Shown: positions 61,401 through 64,000 of the stretch, one piece after another
Numbering within the stretch: the first letter of the stretch is position 1
Layout: every line of letters starts with the position of its first letter
NCBI GenBank assembly: GCA_048013815.1
Contig: CM106586.1
Coordinates: 9,052,001 to 9,116,000 of the forward strand
Source: Setoptus koraiensis
Lineage: Eukaryota > Animalia > Arthropoda
DNA length: 64,000 bases
Direction: 5' to 3'
The notes under the pieces: model-generated
Told to the model about the DNA's origin: nothing
What the model saw: the letters and a program-made list of their open reading frames with translations, nothing else
Databases searched by the model: none
Position numbers and translations under genes: made by a program

Positions 61401-62581
61401 CGTTCTGTATCGTCTACTATTCAACAATTTGCTCACAACAACTAGATGGGCGGTTTAGAGGCAGTTATCACTGGATTGGAGGACGAATTTAAGATTGCGC
61501 GAAGATTAACAAGAGGCCAATTAACTTTTATAGTGATTGCATCATCTTTTTTGCCAGCGTTAATTAGTTGCACTCAGGTAAGGCTTGCCCATAATTAATT
61601 TTAATTATCATTAGTCACTGATTGATCGCATACACTTGAATAGTTGATATATGGCTGTTGAGGGGGTTGCATTTGCTATCAACTACTGGCTTTTTGTATT
61701 CAGATAAATAACGGTGCAGGGACTGGCGAATCAATGATAACTAATCAAATTTTATCGTCACTTATTCAGGGCGGAGCTTACACCATGTATTGGTTCGACG
61801 TTTACTCGGCAGGAGTTTCCTTACTATTCTCTGCATTATTCGAGGCTATAGGTGTGGTTTACTGTTACGGTAAGTTTCTGACTTTTAATTTAATTGATTG
61901 ACACAAAACTCAATTAATCAACTATTAATAACAGAATAATTAACAACTTTCGAATACGTACGCTGGGCGTCACAAAAACATAGGATTGTCAAATTTTATA
62001 CCAAATATTGAGTCAATGTTGGGGAAGAAACCTCATCTATTCTACATAATATGCTGGAAATACATATCACCATTGTTTTTGGGCGTGAGTATAACGGAAC
62101 AACTCAATTTGTCTATCCTTCATTTGCGCACATTCGGTAGTGGCTAATTACTTTTACCTGTGCTCGTAAACGCGCTAATTTGCATAATTTGTAATCATTT
62201 CTCTAGGTGGTCATTGCGATGTCTATATTCTCGGCCGAGACGCCAGTGTATCGTGGCTACAAATTTCCGCTTTGGTCAGTTGTGGCTGGCTGGACATTGG
62301 CATTTTCGTCAGTTTCGGCTATTCCCATTGTGGCTGGCGCAACATGGATCAGATATTGGCGAGCAAAGAAACCAAAACGAACCAACAACAACAACAGTAG
62401 CAACAAGAGAAGATGCCAAGCAACTGACCAAACAATGTTTACAGCTATAGAAAACAACAAAGCCATTGGTAACAACAGCACCCCTGCCGCCACCGAAAGT
62501 ATAAAATCAAAAAGTATACAATATGCGCAACAAAGGTTCGAATTGATATTTATAAAACCTTTAAATATATTTGTGTTATAA
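58483..62581 (+). pseudogene. Second copy of the SLC6 monoamine transporter with a +1 frameshift near 59157 (real or a sequencing error); exons 58483-59948, 60235-60542, 60685-60923, 61020-61257, 61446-61577, 61770-61869, 61984-62084, 62207-62581
   Basis: attgctataataatg here vs attgcataataatg in the left copy; the extra T gives a stop at 59158-59160. The rest is essentially identical. Confidence 0.85.
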
Positions 62582-62654
62582 TATAACAATTCTATAATAT
62601 ATACACACAAGAATATGTCTAATATTAATAAGTTAATAATAAACAATGTCACTA

Positions 62655-64000
62655 TTATAAAATATAATCAAGCTCGTACCTGTGATAGGTGTTGACCTCA
62701 TCATTTGGTATGCCTGGATAGCCTGCTACCAAAGCATCCTGGGCGCCTATATATAAAGTATTATATACTTTCCAGTAAACGTCTCTTACTTTTCTAGCTG
62801 GATGGAATAAGCCTTGAAGAACATATTGAAGTAATCTAATTGGTCCAATCGCCACTCTTAATGCTTCTATGGCGCCCATAAAGGATTGAACTAAATGAGG
62901 TGAACTTTCAAAAATATTTGGCCAAATAAAATTCAATAAATGAGTTAGGGCGTCATCACAACCAAAACCGTGCACACCAAGGGCCATATGCTGGACGGCA
63001 GAACAGGCTGTTTGCCGATGAACAAGATCCCTGTCCATCATGGCGTCCTCTAATAAAGGACTAATTGCATATATGTAGTCTTTACCCATCTCTCCTATGT
63101 ATTCAAATAAGAATGACAATGATTTTAACACTCCATTTTGAACATTTAACTCAGGTACTCTATATTCATTCATTAGGGCAGGTAGTACTGTGAATGGGGC
63201 GCAAGTTTCTGCGACAATTGCAATGGCCACTGTCGTACACACACGCATCTGTCTTTCTTGAACTCGCAAATTGTTCAACAATGTCGCCAGGACATCGTGG
63301 GGCCCAATGGCTTTTGCAATATAACCAAATGTGTTCACGGTGGCCCGCCTAATTGCCTTCTTATGTGCCTTTAACAATTCCAATAGTTCAAAACAAATTC
63401 TCATCCATTCACGGGGCGACACAGATTCGGCTCCTCTGTCGGCAATACGACCAACCAGATCGATGCAATTCTCTTGAACCTTTTCGTGTCTGTTTTTGAG
63501 AATTGGTGTCAGTCTTGGCAAAAGATCCTTGATTGGTGGTGTCATTTTGTGCATTCCTATCACGTTCACTATGGCCTTTAAAGCTCCCAGAATAGATCCC
63601 AGTACTTCGGGATATTCTTCACCAAGGTACTCATACAAAATCAGACCCATCTCACTCATTAATTTTTCCTCATCACACTTTTTCATGACGTCCGCTATCC
63701 TTGCCATCAAATCTGCCGCCTGTTGTCGGATCTTGACTGATTTGGAATATAGCCTAAATTTTATAATTTGTGTTATCTGAGGTAATAATGGCTTGACTCG
63801 TTTACCCAACGCATTCACTACGGATCCGAATCCCACCAACATAACTTGGTCATCAGCATGTTGCTCTTGAAAAGCGTATATAATACCATCTACAAGTTGT
63901 ATTTCAAGCCGCTCATCTATTTCTGACGCTCCCAGATTGGTTAGCACTTTATCAATAGTCTCCATAACCATTTTCCTATAAGTTTCATTACTATCTTTCA
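62655..64000 (-). CDS. SF3B1: Second copy of SF3B1 (3' portion; continues past the window edge)
   Basis: The translation is identical to the C-terminal 438 aa of the + copy. Confidence 0.95.
   Translation of the reverse strand, partial: KDSNETYRKMVMETIDKVLTNLGASEIDERLEIQLVDGIIYAFQEQHADDQVMLVGFGSVVNALGKRVKPLLPQITQIIKFRLYSKSVKIRQQAADLMARIADVMKKCDEEKLMSEMGLILYEYLGEEYPEVLGSILGALKAIVNVIGMHKMTPPIKDLLPRLTPILKNRHEKVQENCIDLVGRIADRGAESVSPREWMRICFELLELLKAHKKAIRRATVNTFGYIAKAIGPHDVLATLLNNLRVQERQMRVCTTVAIAIVAETCAPFTVLPALMNEYRVPELNVQNGVLKSLSFLFEYIGEMGKDYIYAISPLLEDAMMDRDLVHRQTACSAVQHMALGVHGFGCDDALTHLLNFIWPNIFESSPHLVQSFMGAIEALRVAIGPIRLLQYVLQGLFHPARKVRDVYWKVYNTLYIGAQDALVAGYPGIPNDEVNTYHRYELDYIL

Larger units (their letters stand above)
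49582..64000. repeat. Right arm of the giant inverted repeat
   Basis: Reverse complement of 34417-48877, with scattered SNPs, indels and repeat-number differences. Confidence 0.98.

Overview
Eukaryotic, gene-dense arthropod DNA with short GT-AG introns; an acariform mite is my best guess, by inference only. No rRNA, tRNA or CRISPR array is supported. The first ~35 kb holds a transposase relic and recognisable genes: RECQL, TFIIA-gamma, HS6ST, troponin I, TBCK, Numb, NAA38, an AdipoR/PAQR receptor, EXTL3, a CUB-LDLa-trypsin protease, a GLIS zinc-finger factor, GNB1L and SF3B1. It also contains a diverged chimeric duplication at 11.8-13.6 kb that carries an EXTL3 fragment and supplies the stop codon of a truncated Numb. 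From at least 34417 to the window end the sequence is one giant inverted repeat (arms about 14.4 kb or longer, apex ~48.9-49.6 kb). It duplicates the 3' part of SF3B1, a monoamine-type SLC6 transporter and a small spliced gene missed by the ORF track, which looks like a neuropeptide precursor encoding a predicted AVTGIDTITGYSI-amide. The apex looks like an unpolished long-read fold-back. The arms nevertheless differ by whole repeat units and by a 61-bp hairpin micro-inversion, so two haplotypes joined by a fold-back read and a genuine palindrome both need testing.
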